Of a stretch of 64,000 bases of DNA, positions 9,801-20,007 are shown piece by piece. The position numbers and the translations under genes were made by a program. Position 1 is the first letter of the stretch, and every line of letters starts with the position of its first letter. The stretch is from Klebsiella pneumoniae (GTDB lineage Bacteria > Myxococcota_A > UBA9042), in contig CAMDBH010000004.1 in the NCBI GenBank assembly GCA_945889325.1, positions 14,166-78,165 of the forward strand, in the 5' to 3' direction. The notes beneath the pieces are model-generated. The model ran no database searches and was not told where the DNA came from. It was given only the letters and a program-made list of their open reading frames with translations.

Positions 9801-10547
9801 CTACGCAACAGGTTGCTGAGGCGCATCCATTGGCGATTCGGCTGCAGCAGCTGCAAGTGTCTGATTTAATTTATAGCTCTCATCTGACTGGATAGTACCG
9901 TCGCGTATGATGATCAGGCGATTGCCGACTCGGGCTGCTTCGCGGTCGTGGGTAACCATTACTACTGTTGTGCCTTTCTCTTCGGCTTGCCGGCGCAGAA
10001 GGCGCAAAACTTCACTGCCCGACGCGGAATCCAAGTTGCCCGTGGGCTCGTCGGCCAAAATGATCGGTGGATCGTGGATAAAAGCGCGGGCAATGGCAAC
10101 CCTTTGCATTTCGCCGCCGCTCATGGCGCCGGGCTTGTGCGTCAGCCGATGTCCCAATCCGACTTGTTCCAGCAAAGCCGTTGCTTTTGCGCGATCCGCG
10201 GCCGTTGCCGGGCGCGCAAGCAGCAAAGGCAGCAACACGTTTTCGACCGCGGTCATCGTCGGCAGTAGGTTAAAAAACTGAAAAATCAAGCCGATCTTGT
10301 TGCGCCGAAACACCGTCACGGCGTCATCGCTCAATTTGCCGATATCCTGTCCGGCCAGGGCGATCGATCCCTCGCTCGGGGTGTCGAGCGCGCTCAACAA
10401 GTTCAGCAGCGTCGACTTGCCACTGCCCGAAGGCCCCATGATTGAAGCAAATTCACCTTTGCCGATGTGCAAATTGATCCCGCGCAAAGCGGTCACTTGG
10501 CTGCTCGCTTGCCCATAATGTTTGGCCACGTTGGACAACTGGATCAT
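9801..10547 (-). CDS. ABC transporter ATP-binding protein, LolD/MacB/FtsE-like subfamily
   Basis: Walker A GPSGSGKST, signature MSGGEMQRVAIARA, Walker B ILADEPTGNLD, H-loop VTHD. The start lies 18 nt after the stop of the upstream DUF4340 gene. Confidence 0.9.
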   Translation of the reverse strand: MIQLSNVAKHYGQASSQVTALRGINLHIGKGEFASIMGPSGSGKSTLLNLLSALDTPSEGSIALAGQDIGKLSDDAVTVFRRNKIGLIFQFFNLLPTMTAVENVLLPLLLARPATAADRAKATALLEQVGLGHRLTHKPGAMSGGEMQRVAIARAFIHDPPIILADEPTGNLDSASGSEVLRLLRRQAEEKGTTVVMVTHDREAARVGNRLIIIRDGTIQSDESYKLNQTLAAAAAESPMDAPQQPVA

Positions 10548-10565
10548 CCGGCCAGTCTAAGCAAT

Positions 10566-12074
10566 TTATTTCGGCTGTTCAACCGGCGCTGGCTTTTCCA
10601 TCAATTCATCAGGCTTTTTCTTCAATTTCTGCACGGCCCATGTCGTGAGTTTGAAACAGTCGCTTGGCACACCGGCCACGACCAACCGCGCAAATTCATT
10701 GCCATCTTTTTCATCGCCCAGTTGCAACACCACGGTCTCGCCGCCAAACTGCAACGTCATTTGCCACGCGGGAGTCGCAAGCCCCATGGCCTCCACTTTC
10801 TCCGTGACGTTGAAATCAATTTTGACGGCTTCAAGCTCTGTAAGTAGTGTTTCGATGGCTTTTTGCCCAGCGTCCGCGGCTGGCGTTGTCAATTGCCAGT
10901 TGTCGCCCTTGCGGACGGCAACCACCTGCGTATCCGGCCCTTTGATAGTAAAACTTTGAATATCCTTAACCTTACGCGTTCCGAACAACAGGCGATTGCG
11001 CACCTGATCCAACGTCTGGGCAATTTGATCGCGTGAGTTCGAGGCGACCAAGTAGGTTTCATCGCGGCCGACGATGCGTGCGAAGAAGTCCTTGCTTTCA
11101 TTGCGGTTATCTACTTTCCCAAACAGGATGACCGTCTTTTGCGCGCCAGCGCCGACTGTTACTTTGACCACACTCTTGGCGTCGTCCAATCCGGTGTCGA
11201 GTTTGCTGGCATCGGCCATGAAATCATTGGCGCTAAAACGGCCGATCGCGCCCAGCCAGTCGCCGATGTCGCCAGTTTCGGTGCCAGCGGGTTCGACAAT
11301 GCCCCAGCCTTCTTTGCCCTCGCGCTTTTCGCCTGGACCGAGCGGTGCGCGTTTGGCGACGATCTTTTTAGCCTTCAAATCTGCGGGGTTTTCGATCTCG
11401 ATCGAATCGACCGCCGCCATGTCCAAAGTCAACAGTTGGCGTTCGCGCAGGTCGGCCCACTTGACGTCGAAGTTGGTGCGCAAGTCGCGGCCCGCAATCA
11501 AATAAGCTACATCGGGTTGCTTTGGATTCATGACCCATGTGTTGGATTCGCCCTCACCGCGCTCAGGCTTTTGCAGCAAGCCGATGCGCAACTTGACACT
11601 GCCGCTTTTGCCCGCCCACTCGGCGTCGATCACGTGATCTGGATCCAGCCCGTATTCGTTGAGTTGCGCCGCTGTCACCGGCTGCGCATGGTTGGAGCGA
11701 ATCGAGCGTTGAAGCGTCTCGCCCATCGCCTGCGCGCGAAATGCCTGGCCACCTGCGCTGCTGCTTTTGCCGTCCGCCGTCCGCGTCAGTTTCCATTTGG
11801 CTTCTGCTGGTTTGCCGTCAGCCGTTGTCGGCGTGCCCTCGACCGGCAAACGCTCCAACGCGAACGCTTCGCCCTTGCGCGACAGGCTGATCTTGTCAAA
11901 CGGCATGGGCTTGTTCTTGGCCGCAGTGCGCGCTTCTTCCTCTGAAACAATGCCAATATAGCCGTCAATGCTCAGCGGCACCGGGCCCGTCACGGCGGGT
12001 TTGCGGCTTTGCACAAACCAAAGTCCCAACAGCAAGGCGAAAACGCCAAGCGTTATCCAAGTCGAACGCTGCAT
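10566..12074 (-). CDS. DUF4340-like protein (usual partner of GldG-type ABC auxiliary proteins)
   Basis: 502 aa with a single N-terminal TM (WITLGVFALLLGLWFV) followed by a repetitive beta-rich ectodomain. It sits immediately after the GldG-like gene, which is the usual position for DUF4340. Confidence 0.65.
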   Translation of the reverse strand: MQRSTWITLGVFALLLGLWFVQSRKPAVTGPVPLSIDGYIGIVSEEEARTAAKNKPMPFDKISLSRKGEAFALERLPVEGTPTTADGKPAEAKWKLTRTADGKSSSAGGQAFRAQAMGETLQRSIRSNHAQPVTAAQLNEYGLDPDHVIDAEWAGKSGSVKLRIGLLQKPERGEGESNTWVMNPKQPDVAYLIAGRDLRTNFDVKWADLRERQLLTLDMAAVDSIEIENPADLKAKKIVAKRAPLGPGEKREGKEGWGIVEPAGTETGDIGDWLGAIGRFSANDFMADASKLDTGLDDAKSVVKVTVGAGAQKTVILFGKVDNRNESKDFFARIVGRDETYLVASNSRDQIAQTLDQVRNRLLFGTRKVKDIQSFTIKGPDTQVVAVRKGDNWQLTTPAADAGQKAIETLLTELEAVKIDFNVTEKVEAMGLATPAWQMTLQFGGETVVLQLGDEKDGNEFARLVVAGVPSDCFKLTTWAVQKLKKKPDELMEKPAPVEQPK

Positions 12075-12082
12075 ATACCCTC

Positions 12083-14548
12083 CTAGATCTTAATGGCCGC
12101 GTGTCGCGCGCGGCGCATGCGCCACCGCCCGATGCCAAAGGCGATCAGCAAAAGCGGCGCACCCAACATCACAGAAACACGAAGTTTCTTTGCCTGCTCC
12201 GGTTCGATTTGCTCCAGAGGCCTGCGCACATCGCCTTTGGAGCGAATCGCCACCAAAGCCTCATGCGAAGTCGACCAGTCCAAAACATTGGCGAGAAACT
12301 GCAAATTCGTTGGCAACAAATGCGAAACCTGACCAATCCGCACCTGCCAATTTTGATAATTCACCTGCCATTGCTGAAACTGCTTGATCGTATCGGCGCT
12401 GAACTGGCCCAATTTGCCGATGTCAAAACCCGCCAGCACATCGGCGCGGCTCAAGCCCTCGATGCCCAAATTTGAAGCGATCACAAGGAGTTTGCCTGTG
12501 CCCTCGCTTTTGAACTTGCGCTTCTCCAACTCGTAATCGGCTTCCGTGTTCGGCTTGGGCCGGGGCGGTTCGCCTTTCTCCTGCTTCACCTCTTTTTCCG
12601 GCTTCTTTGGAATTTCCTTGCCCGCAAACGCAGACTTAAACGGCCCACGCACGTACAGCGCCAGCGTGTGCGGCCCGTTTGGTTGGGCGTTGAGCACGAC
12701 TTCCTTGAGCGCGGGCGGCAGCACCGGCATCGGCGCTGATTTTTTTAGCGACGTTTTGGAGGAGCGAATCACGTCAACTACCTCAAACCGTTTATCTTTA
12801 CGCATTTCCGGCGTGACATCGACGCTGGTCGTGTACGGCAGCGCCAGATTTTGCAGCGATCGGGTCAACGGATGGCTGCGATCGAAATCCACCGCAACCG
12901 GTATCAATGCATACGGAAAATCCTGTTGCGTCTGGAATTGTAAACCGCCGCGGCTGACCAAACTCATGACTTTGACGGTTTCAACGTGCTTGGAATCCAA
13001 GATCAAGTCGCGGTTTAGCACCACGCCGTAGGGTTTAAGCACGTCGGGCAGGTTGGAAGATGTTGCCTCCAAAGCCGTGTAATCTGTGCGCATTTCATTG
13101 CCCACATCTTCGCCCGCCGCCAAATTCATCAGCGACACGCTCCACTCTTGCGCCAGCACCACCACGGGGCGCCCGCTCATCAGCACTTGATCGAGTTGGT
13201 AGCGGCCGTAGTCGGTGATCGGTTTGCGCGGGGCGTAGACGATCATGGCTGCGACGTCGTCGGGGACGCTGTCACCGTCGTTGACCCGGCGAATCGAATA
13301 GCCGCGTTTTGTAAACAGATTGTCGCCAATTTTGCCATTGGTTTCATCCACAGCTTGGGCGATCTGCGTCGCCGCTTGCACGATCTGTTTCATCATCGGG
13401 TTGTTTTGCGCCATCATCATTGCGACTTCTTGGGCCACGAACGGCTCATTTTCGCCAAACGGGCAGAACTCAGCGTTGCCGCAAAGAAATCCAATTTGCT
13501 TGCGCCCAGGACTATCGCTGAGCGTGGTATGGCTGCGATCGACCTCTTTGGACAATTGATCCATTAGCGGAAGCAGTTGCGCCACCGCCATCGCCGGTGG
13601 GATCTGTTGCTTGTCGCTTTCGGCCTTGCCATCAAAAGTCTTGTTCAACTCATCATAAACGCGAATGAACTGCTCCGAACTGGCCATGAGGTTGTCGCCG
13701 AACTGATTCTTGCCCTTCAGGATTTTGCTGGCCTCCCCTTGCAGCGAACGCACGGCCAAACACGCCTTGTCCAGTTCGGGCCGCGCCGCTTTGATCGCGT
13801 CCACGCGCTTCTGCGCTGGGTCGCCATTGCCCTTGAGCGACAAGCCGGCGTCTTCTTGCGGTTTGTCTTCAATTTTGCCAATTTTTTGCAGCGCGTCGTT
13901 GCAGGCCTTGACGCCGTCGAGCAGCGCTTTGGCCTTGGCCAGCGGCTCTTTGATCAGTTGGCTGTTTTCTTCTTTCTCCTTGAGGCGCAAAAGGATCTTC
14001 GTGATCTCAAATTCGTAAAACGACGGCTGCAGCGCTTTGGCCATCACCTCATGCACCGTGTGGTAGTGAAACGTCGCGCCCAAGGCATATCGCTGAAATT
14101 TCAGTTGCCCGCCGCTAACCTGCGCTTCGCTCGATGAGAACAGTTCGACCTTGCTGGCGTCGGCTTGATCTTCAATGGTGCCCACGCCGGGCGAATTGTC
14201 TTCCGCGTAGACCAAATGCACCTTGCCGTGGCTGGCGCGAACGTATTCTTCCAACTTGTCGCGAAACGCCCGATCAATGCCTTTGAGCGGCACTTTCTCA
14301 CCCGGCGTCGGCAGCGAATCCGGCAGCTTTTTGGAAATATAGGCCGTGATCGTCACGCCTTCCAACGCTTCTGCTGCCGCAACACTGGCATCGGACAGGG
14401 TGTGAATTTTCTGCTGTGTCAGGTCCAGCCGCGCGCTCATCGGGCTCAAGATCGCATTGAGCACCACGGCCACGCCAACCGTGGCCAGCAACATGACCAG
14501 TGCGTCCATCTTATTGGAACCACTTTGCTTCTGCGGGGTTTCCATCAA
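12083..14548 (-). CDS. GldG-like ABC-type transport auxiliary component (large, with inserted coiled-coil region)
   Basis: 821 aa. N-terminal TM, the segment ARLDLTQQKIHTLSDAS typical of the GldG family, and a C-terminal TM anchor (VMLGAPLLLIAFGIGRW). Located directly downstream of an ABC-2 permease and an ATPase. Confidence 0.75.
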   Translation of the reverse strand: MMETPQKQSGSNKMDALVMLLATVGVAVVLNAILSPMSARLDLTQQKIHTLSDASVAAAEALEGVTITAYISKKLPDSLPTPGEKVPLKGIDRAFRDKLEEYVRASHGKVHLVYAEDNSPGVGTIEDQADASKVELFSSSEAQVSGGQLKFQRYALGATFHYHTVHEVMAKALQPSFYEFEITKILLRLKEKEENSQLIKEPLAKAKALLDGVKACNDALQKIGKIEDKPQEDAGLSLKGNGDPAQKRVDAIKAARPELDKACLAVRSLQGEASKILKGKNQFGDNLMASSEQFIRVYDELNKTFDGKAESDKQQIPPAMAVAQLLPLMDQLSKEVDRSHTTLSDSPGRKQIGFLCGNAEFCPFGENEPFVAQEVAMMMAQNNPMMKQIVQAATQIAQAVDETNGKIGDNLFTKRGYSIRRVNDGDSVPDDVAAMIVYAPRKPITDYGRYQLDQVLMSGRPVVVLAQEWSVSLMNLAAGEDVGNEMRTDYTALEATSSNLPDVLKPYGVVLNRDLILDSKHVETVKVMSLVSRGGLQFQTQQDFPYALIPVAVDFDRSHPLTRSLQNLALPYTTSVDVTPEMRKDKRFEVVDVIRSSKTSLKKSAPMPVLPPALKEVVLNAQPNGPHTLALYVRGPFKSAFAGKEIPKKPEKEVKQEKGEPPRPKPNTEADYELEKRKFKSEGTGKLLVIASNLGIEGLSRADVLAGFDIGKLGQFSADTIKQFQQWQVNYQNWQVRIGQVSHLLPTNLQFLANVLDWSTSHEALVAIRSKGDVRRPLEQIEPEQAKKLRVSVMLGAPLLLIAFGIGRWRMRRARHAAIKI

Positions 14549-14554
14549 GTCCTC

Positions 14555-15289
14555 CTATTTCCAGTGCCGCGATTGCAGCGAATAGGTCGAGGCCACGACC
14601 GCGACGGCCGTCACCGACAGAAAATAAATCACGTTGCGCAAATCGACGACGCCGCGGGAAAAATCGCTAAATTGGGTTTGAAAATTCAGCAACTGCAGCG
14701 CAGCCGGCGGCTGATCAAAGGCCATTTTCAACAGGGCATCGGTGCCGGTCCAAAAAAACGCGCACAGCAAAAGCGCCACGATAAACGCCACGATTTGGTT
14801 GTGGGTCCAAGTCGACGTCATAACGCCCAAGGCCAGAAACGCGGTGCCGATGAGCAGTAGACCGAAGTAACCGCCGATGATCGCACCGATATCCGGAGAG
14901 CCGACCATCATGACCATCGCAGGCAGCACCAAAGTGGCCGCCAAGGCCACCACGAGAAAACCAAAAGCGCCCAAGAGCTTACCCAGCACAATCTGCAAAT
15001 CTGTCACCGGCAATGTGGCCAACAGTTCAAGCGTCCCGGTCTTTTTCTCCTCAGAGATCAAGCGCATCGTCACCGCGGGCGTAATGACGGCCAGCACCCA
15101 AGGCGCGTAGTCGAACAACGGGCGCAACGTGGCTTCGCGACCCGCGAAGAAATCGTCGCTGCCGCCCAAGCCGAAAAAGAACAAAAGCCCCGTCACTACG
15201 AGGAACACCGTCGCTGCGATATACGCAATCGGCGAATCAAAAGTCGCCGCCATTTCGCGACGCGCAAGGGTCCAGATCGGCCACATCAA
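14555..15289 (-). CDS. ABC-2 type permease (GldF-like)
   Basis: 244 aa, polytopic. Contains the EEKKTGTLELLATLP motif typical of ABC-2 family permeases. Confidence 0.8.
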   Translation of the reverse strand: MMWPIWTLARREMAATFDSPIAYIAATVFLVVTGLLFFFGLGGSDDFFAGREATLRPLFDYAPWVLAVITPAVTMRLISEEKKTGTLELLATLPVTDLQIVLGKLLGAFGFLVVALAATLVLPAMVMMVGSPDIGAIIGGYFGLLLIGTAFLALGVMTSTWTHNQIVAFIVALLLCAFFWTGTDALLKMAFDQPPAALQLLNFQTQFSDFSRGVVDLRNVIYFLSVTAVAVVASTYSLQSRHWK

Positions 15290-15337
15290 ACGACCTCCGT
15301 TGGCACAAAAAGTTTGCCGAAAAGCATTCGCTAACGC

Positions 15338-16300
15338 CTAGCTGTTCATGGTTAATTGCTGAAAGATGCCTTCCAGATCCATGGCTTTGCGCCGCAGTTC
15401 CACCAAAGTATGCCCGGCTTTTTGCAAAGCCGTGGCGATTTGCGGGCGCACATCGGCGCTCGCTTGAACTTCAAACACCAGCGTTTCCACCGGTACGGCC
15501 ACTTCGTGGCTCAGCACGACCGCGGTCACTTGCGGCTGCTGCGACAATAGCTCCTGAATTTCATCGGTTTTTGTATCAGTCTTTGGCGCGACACCGACCA
15601 CGATGTGCTGCGTCGTTTCCATCTGGCCTTCGAGTTCCTGCACCGTGCCGTCGGCAACGACAGCACCTTTATGAATGATCACAATGCGATCACAAATCTG
15701 GCGCACCTCGGTCAGGTTGTGGCTCGACAAGATCACCGTGTGGTTCTTGCCCAAATCGCGAATTAAGTTACGAATTTCAATGATCTGGTTGGGGTCCAAG
15801 CCTGAAGTCGGTTCATCCAGAATCAATATTTTGGGATTGTGCAGCAGCGCCTGAGCCAGACCCACGCGTTGCTTATAACCTTTTGACAAAGTACCGATCG
15901 TCATGCCGATCACGTCTTGCAAGCCGACCGTGCGCGCCACATCTGCGATGCGTTTGACGAGGTTCTTGCGCGAAAAGCCACGCATTTCACCGACATACAT
16001 CAGGTATTCGTAGGCGACCATGTCGTTGTACAGCGGCGTCGACTCGGGCAAATACCCCAAAATGGCGCGGATTTTCACGGCATCGCGCTGCAGGTCAAGC
16101 CCGTCAATGCGCGCCTGACCGCTCGTGGCTGACAAGTAGGTCGTCAAGATCTTCATCGCCGTGGACTTACCCGCGCCGTTCGGCCCGAGCAACCCAATAA
16201 TTTCACCGGCATGGACGTCAAACGAAATGCCCGTCAGGGCCGCTTTGTTGGGGTACTGCTTCACGAGGTTGCGCACCTCAATGACCGTTTGTCCTGTCAT
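15338..16300 (-). CDS. ABC transporter ATP-binding protein (GldA/CcmA-like)
   Basis: Walker A GPNGAGKST, signature LSKGYKQRVGLAQAL, Walker B LILDEPTSGLD. I trimmed the track ORF (to 16351) to the internal ATG giving MTGQTVIEVRNLVKQY, the normal N-terminus of such ATPases. Confidence 0.9.
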   Translation of the reverse strand: MTGQTVIEVRNLVKQYPNKAALTGISFDVHAGEIIGLLGPNGAGKSTAMKILTTYLSATSGQARIDGLDLQRDAVKIRAILGYLPESTPLYNDMVAYEYLMYVGEMRGFSRKNLVKRIADVARTVGLQDVIGMTIGTLSKGYKQRVGLAQALLHNPKILILDEPTSGLDPNQIIEIRNLIRDLGKNHTVILSSHNLTEVRQICDRIVIIHKGAVVADGTVQELEGQMETTQHIVVGVAPKTDTKTDEIQELLSQQPQVTAVVLSHEVAVPVETLVFEVQASADVRPQIATALQKAGHTLVELRRKAMDLEGIFQQLTMNS

Positions 16301-16419
16301 TCCTAGCTCCTGCAAAGTAAGCAACTGGACGCGCTGCATGCGCCACTGCAAGGGCTATCGCACGCTGCGCCGTGAGGTTAGGATGTGCCGTCAACCTGTC
16401 AAGGGAGAGACCAGAAAAA

Positions 16420-17172
16420 ATGCATTTGTCCGCGAAATTTCGAAGAATTTTGTTGCCGACCCGGCACGCGAGCGTGGCGTTGTACTGCCTGAGCCTCACT
16501 TTGGCAAGCGCGGCAATTCAGGCGCAGCCACGCGCAGTTACCGCCGAGCTCGCCGGGGAATTACAACCCTTGCGCATCCTGTCTCAAGCAACGCTTGCTC
16601 CGCAACTCAAAACCTCTGCAGCGTGGTTGGCCAAAGGCAAATTTGCCAAAGCTTGCGACGCCGCCGAACTAATTCGCGCCGATCTTTTGCACAAAGCGGC
16701 AAAATTGTTCTACAAAGTGGACAGGCGCGCCGGCAGCGAACCCGATGAGATCGAAAAATTTTTGGACCAGTACGTCCGCAGCAAAACACCGCTTTTGGCT
16801 GTGCCACTGGATGTTTTTGCGCCTGCGCAAGGTTTTCGCGCGCTCGGCGTCGACGCGTGCGTGCGCGCGGGCAAGGGCGCATTGGCGGCGCGCTTCGTCG
16901 CAGAAGCGGGCAGTGCCAACGATGGCGGCGACGACGAACGGCCGCGCGTAGCGCTTGCCGTTGCGCTAGCTGTGGCTGCGGGACAGTGGTCAGCTGCGAC
17001 AGCCGTGCTCGGGCAAAATGACAGCTTGCGGGCCAATCTGTTGCGAGCCCTTGCGGCCGAACCAAAAGAGGCCACAAGATTGCTGGAAAAGGCTCGCAGC
17101 CAGGCCAAGTTGCCCCAGGATTTCGCGCTTGTTCAATTGGTGGCCAAAGCGTTGGCCGAGCCCAACCGATGA
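16420..17172 (+). CDS. Hypothetical secreted, Ala-rich helical protein
   Basis: Start trimmed to ATG 16420, giving MHLSAKFRRILLPTRHASVALYCLSLTLASAAIQA, which is signal-peptide-like. No domain recognised. Confidence 0.5.
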   Translation: MHLSAKFRRILLPTRHASVALYCLSLTLASAAIQAQPRAVTAELAGELQPLRILSQATLAPQLKTSAAWLAKGKFAKACDAAELIRADLLHKAAKLFYKVDRRAGSEPDEIEKFLDQYVRSKTPLLAVPLDVFAPAQGFRALGVDACVRAGKGALAARFVAEAGSANDGGDDERPRVALAVALAVAAGQWSAATAVLGQNDSLRANLLRALAAEPKEATRLLEKARSQAKLPQDFALVQLVAKALAEPNR

Positions 17173-17432
17173 ACCAACCGCGCGGGCGCAGGCCGTTCAT
17201 GCCCGATCTACTGCGCGGTTCCGAACGCACGGCGATCAATGCCGAATTCGCTGCGCAGGCCCAAAATTATCGGTTGCAGTTTCGCTGCGATGCCTGCATT
17301 TATTTTCTCGCAAGATCGCAGCGCTGCAGCGTGGGTTGGCCCAACGCGATGTTGCTGGCCGAACCGATCGAGGCGATCGATCGCAACGGTCAACCGGTGT
17401 TTTGCAAAGCTTTTGAGATGGATGATTTGTAA
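17169..17432 (+). CDS. Small hypothetical protein with four Cys (CxxC...C...C)
   Basis: 87 aa. Its ATG overlaps the upstream stop (ATGA), suggesting translational coupling. No domain recognised. Confidence 0.4.
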   Translation: MNQPRGRRPFMPDLLRGSERTAINAEFAAQAQNYRLQFRCDACIYFLARSQRCSVGWPNAMLLAEPIEAIDRNGQPVFCKAFEMDDL

Positions 17433-17445
17433 CTAGATTGAGGCC

Positions 17446-18741
17446 CTAAACCGAAGCCAACTCGCGCCAAATTCTCTGCAAAGCGGAACGATAACGCGGT
17501 CCTGCGACTTCGGAGACCTTTTCCATCGCCCGCAGCCAGGCCTGCACTTGGGTGCGGCCGAGTGCCGTGCGCACCGCTTGCCGCGGCGTGGCGCCGCCCA
17601 ACCACTCGTGGGGCGTGTCGTGGAAATTGACCAAGCGCTCATCGACCCAATCTTGGGCTAAACATTGCAGTTCTTCTTGATCCCACCGGCTGCGCTGCGC
17701 CGGATCGAACAATGCGTCCAGATCGCAGCACAGCGTCAGCAAAAATTGCAGCGGGCCAAAATGGTTCTTGACCGCCTCGCGCAGCGGCGCAACCTGCCAC
17801 CCTGCAGTGGTCGCGGCGTGCAGGCGATCTTGGGTCAAACGCAGGGTTGCACCCGCAGGCCCTAACTGTGAGCCTGTAAAGACAAAATGCCTGTCGCTGT
17901 GGCGCGTGAGGTGGCCATTTTGCACGGCCTCCTGCAATAACTGTTGGGTCTTTTGCACATCGGGCAACGCGAACACATGGGTTTGGCGCAAATTGCCAGT
18001 GCTTGCGCGCCACGGCATTTGTTGCCCAGTCGCGCGATCGAGGCCGCGCACGCAGGCCAACAGCAAGGGCGTCAGCCGGTTGGGCCGCGCTTCCTGTTCA
18101 ACCCGCCGGGCCACGCGGATCAAGCTCCGGCGAGCGGCAGTAGGCGCACATGCGTGAACGGCGTCCAGCAAGAAAACGTCCCCGAGATCCAAGACACGCG
18201 CGACGTAAATCTCGCCCTTGGTCGCCACGGCGCGCAACACCGCCTCATCGATTGCGAAACAGCGGCCGTCGTGCAACCGCTCCAACACGACCGCGAGCTT
18301 GTTGCTGCCGGCGACCTGAAATGCGGTCGGCGGCGTTTGCAAAAGCGCAGTCAGAACATCGCGTTCTGCACCGGTTCGCGCGCCTTGCAGCATACGCATG
18401 CCCAACGGTCCTGCGGGACCGGCTGGGCTTGCGCGCAATTGCGCGTCCCACAGCAGCCACGGAAAAAACTGACTGTGCAGATCGCCTTCATCCAAATAGC
18501 GTTCGAGATCGCCACCCGTCGCGAATTTCTCGCCGAAATGTTGCTCGGCTGCCCGCAGCACTTCAACGTCGCCCAAGTGGTGCTGCGCCCGTTCCACGGC
18601 CTGCACCAGCACGCGCAGGTGGGCGCTGCGCAGCAAGTACGGGCGGATGTCCGCGACAGCGGCCACGTCTTTGCGGGTGTTTGGTATTGTTTTCAGCCGC
18701 ATGTTCATGGCCCTAGCCGTTTTTCCGATCGATGATCGCAA
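17446..18741 (-). CDS. Hypothetical protein (start uncertain; Met codons also at residues 12 and 14)
   Basis: 431-aa ORF that fills the interval. The C-terminal motif WLGGATPRQAVRTALGRTQVQAWL resembles helical tails seen in DUF2384/YecA-like proteins. This similarity is weak. Confidence 0.55.
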   Translation of the reverse strand: MRSSIGKTARAMNMRLKTIPNTRKDVAAVADIRPYLLRSAHLRVLVQAVERAQHHLGDVEVLRAAEQHFGEKFATGGDLERYLDEGDLHSQFFPWLLWDAQLRASPAGPAGPLGMRMLQGARTGAERDVLTALLQTPPTAFQVAGSNKLAVVLERLHDGRCFAIDEAVLRAVATKGEIYVARVLDLGDVFLLDAVHACAPTAARRSLIRVARRVEQEARPNRLTPLLLACVRGLDRATGQQMPWRASTGNLRQTHVFALPDVQKTQQLLQEAVQNGHLTRHSDRHFVFTGSQLGPAGATLRLTQDRLHAATTAGWQVAPLREAVKNHFGPLQFLLTLCCDLDALFDPAQRSRWDQEELQCLAQDWVDERLVNFHDTPHEWLGGATPRQAVRTALGRTQVQAWLRAMEKVSEVAGPRYRSALQRIWRELASV

Positions 18742-18831
18742 CGGTGACGCTGCGGGAGTCGCGGCTTATACGCCAAGCGCCGCATGTGTCAATTGTCTTT
18801 GGTGTGACATTTTTGGCCAGATCGCAGCAAC

Positions 18832-19992
18832 TCAATGAATTGTTGGCGATTCTTGCGCGGTGTCTTCCGCCGCCCAGCCGCGATCGACGGCTGCATCGTT
18901 GGGCGCGCACGGGGCAAGCGGATCGATAATAAATTCTGCAATATCAGCCAGTTCTAACCCATCATTCGCCTCGGGTTCGGCCAGTATTTGCAGCGGTTGT
19001 GCGGTAAAATCGCGGTGTTTCCACGGCCGCAGCGCGATCTCGCCCGCAAGGGCAATGGCCTCGAGATCGAGAGGCTCATCATCTGCTTCAAAACGCGGCC
19101 GATTGCGCCAGGAGGTCAGCATCGCCGCGACTGCCAGCAAGGAAACTAGCGACCACAATAGGGAATCGCTCAACAGCAGCGTCCAACTTGAGGCGCTTTG
19201 ACCGACTTTGGCGGCGTACACGGCGTACAGATCCTCTGGCGATCGCCCAAAACTTGAGGCGAAAGCGGCGGAAAAATCCAGACCTGAAGCCATGCGCTGG
19301 TGCAGTTCAAGCAACGCCCTCTGATCGCCGACTTGGTGCACGGCAAACTTCACAAACCCCGCAGCCATGGCATAGGCGCGTTGGGTGGACACCCGATGCT
19401 CGTTGTTAAAGCCCCGATCCAACTGGGCTAAACTGTCCAGTTCGCCAAATCCCGCCGCACCGGATTGCTCGCGCAAACGCTCATACGTCGCCTCACCGGC
19501 GAGGTACATCGCCACACCCTCGTGATACCAACGCGGTAGCGACGCGCCTTTGGCCAGCGCGTGCAACATGATATGCGCCAATTCATGGCGGATGGTTTCC
19601 GACGTCAGCAGTGCGCCCGGACCGTTGACTTGAACAATCACGCGATCTTGGTCCAGCAAGGCCAACCCAGCGATCCACGCTTCAGGCCAACCGCGCGCGC
19701 CGTGCGCCAGCATCACTTCTTTAAAACTCTCCGGTGACCCGACAAAATCGATGGCCAACTGCCCCGACAGCGCCGTTTGAAAATCCTGTTGCACATCGCC
19801 CAGCGCCTTGCGCGTCATCCGCTCAAGCGGCGCGCGGCGATCGCCATCGACGTCGTGCAGATCGATCAGAAGTTGCAACGGTCCTAGGCTTTTGGTTGTA
19901 ATTTCATGCGATTGTGCGTGCGAGAACGGAGGCATCGCCAAAGTCAGCAGAACCGCGAAAACCACCATGAATTTTTTGAAAAAAATCAGCAA
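18832..19992 (-). CDS. Secreted/membrane-anchored zinc metallopeptidase-like protein (HExxH, peptidase MA-type)
   Basis: Signal peptide MLIFFKKFMVVFAVLLTLAMPPFSHA. HELAH motif (IRHELAHIMLH) followed by WYHEGVAMYLAGE. One TM near the C-terminal third (LLWSLVSLLAVAAMLTSW). Confidence 0.65.
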   Translation of the reverse strand: MLIFFKKFMVVFAVLLTLAMPPFSHAQSHEITTKSLGPLQLLIDLHDVDGDRRAPLERMTRKALGDVQQDFQTALSGQLAIDFVGSPESFKEVMLAHGARGWPEAWIAGLALLDQDRVIVQVNGPGALLTSETIRHELAHIMLHALAKGASLPRWYHEGVAMYLAGEATYERLREQSGAAGFGELDSLAQLDRGFNNEHRVSTQRAYAMAAGFVKFAVHQVGDQRALLELHQRMASGLDFSAAFASSFGRSPEDLYAVYAAKVGQSASSWTLLLSDSLLWSLVSLLAVAAMLTSWRNRPRFEADDEPLDLEAIALAGEIALRPWKHRDFTAQPLQILAEPEANDGLELADIAEFIIDPLAPCAPNDAAVDRGWAAEDTAQESPTIH

Positions 19993-20007
19993 CGCGCGCC
20001 TTTGAGA

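Noticed and set aside
17944-18735. 263-aa plus-strand ORF
   Set aside because: It is antisense to the 431-aa minus-strand ORF, which fits the surrounding minus-strand gene train.
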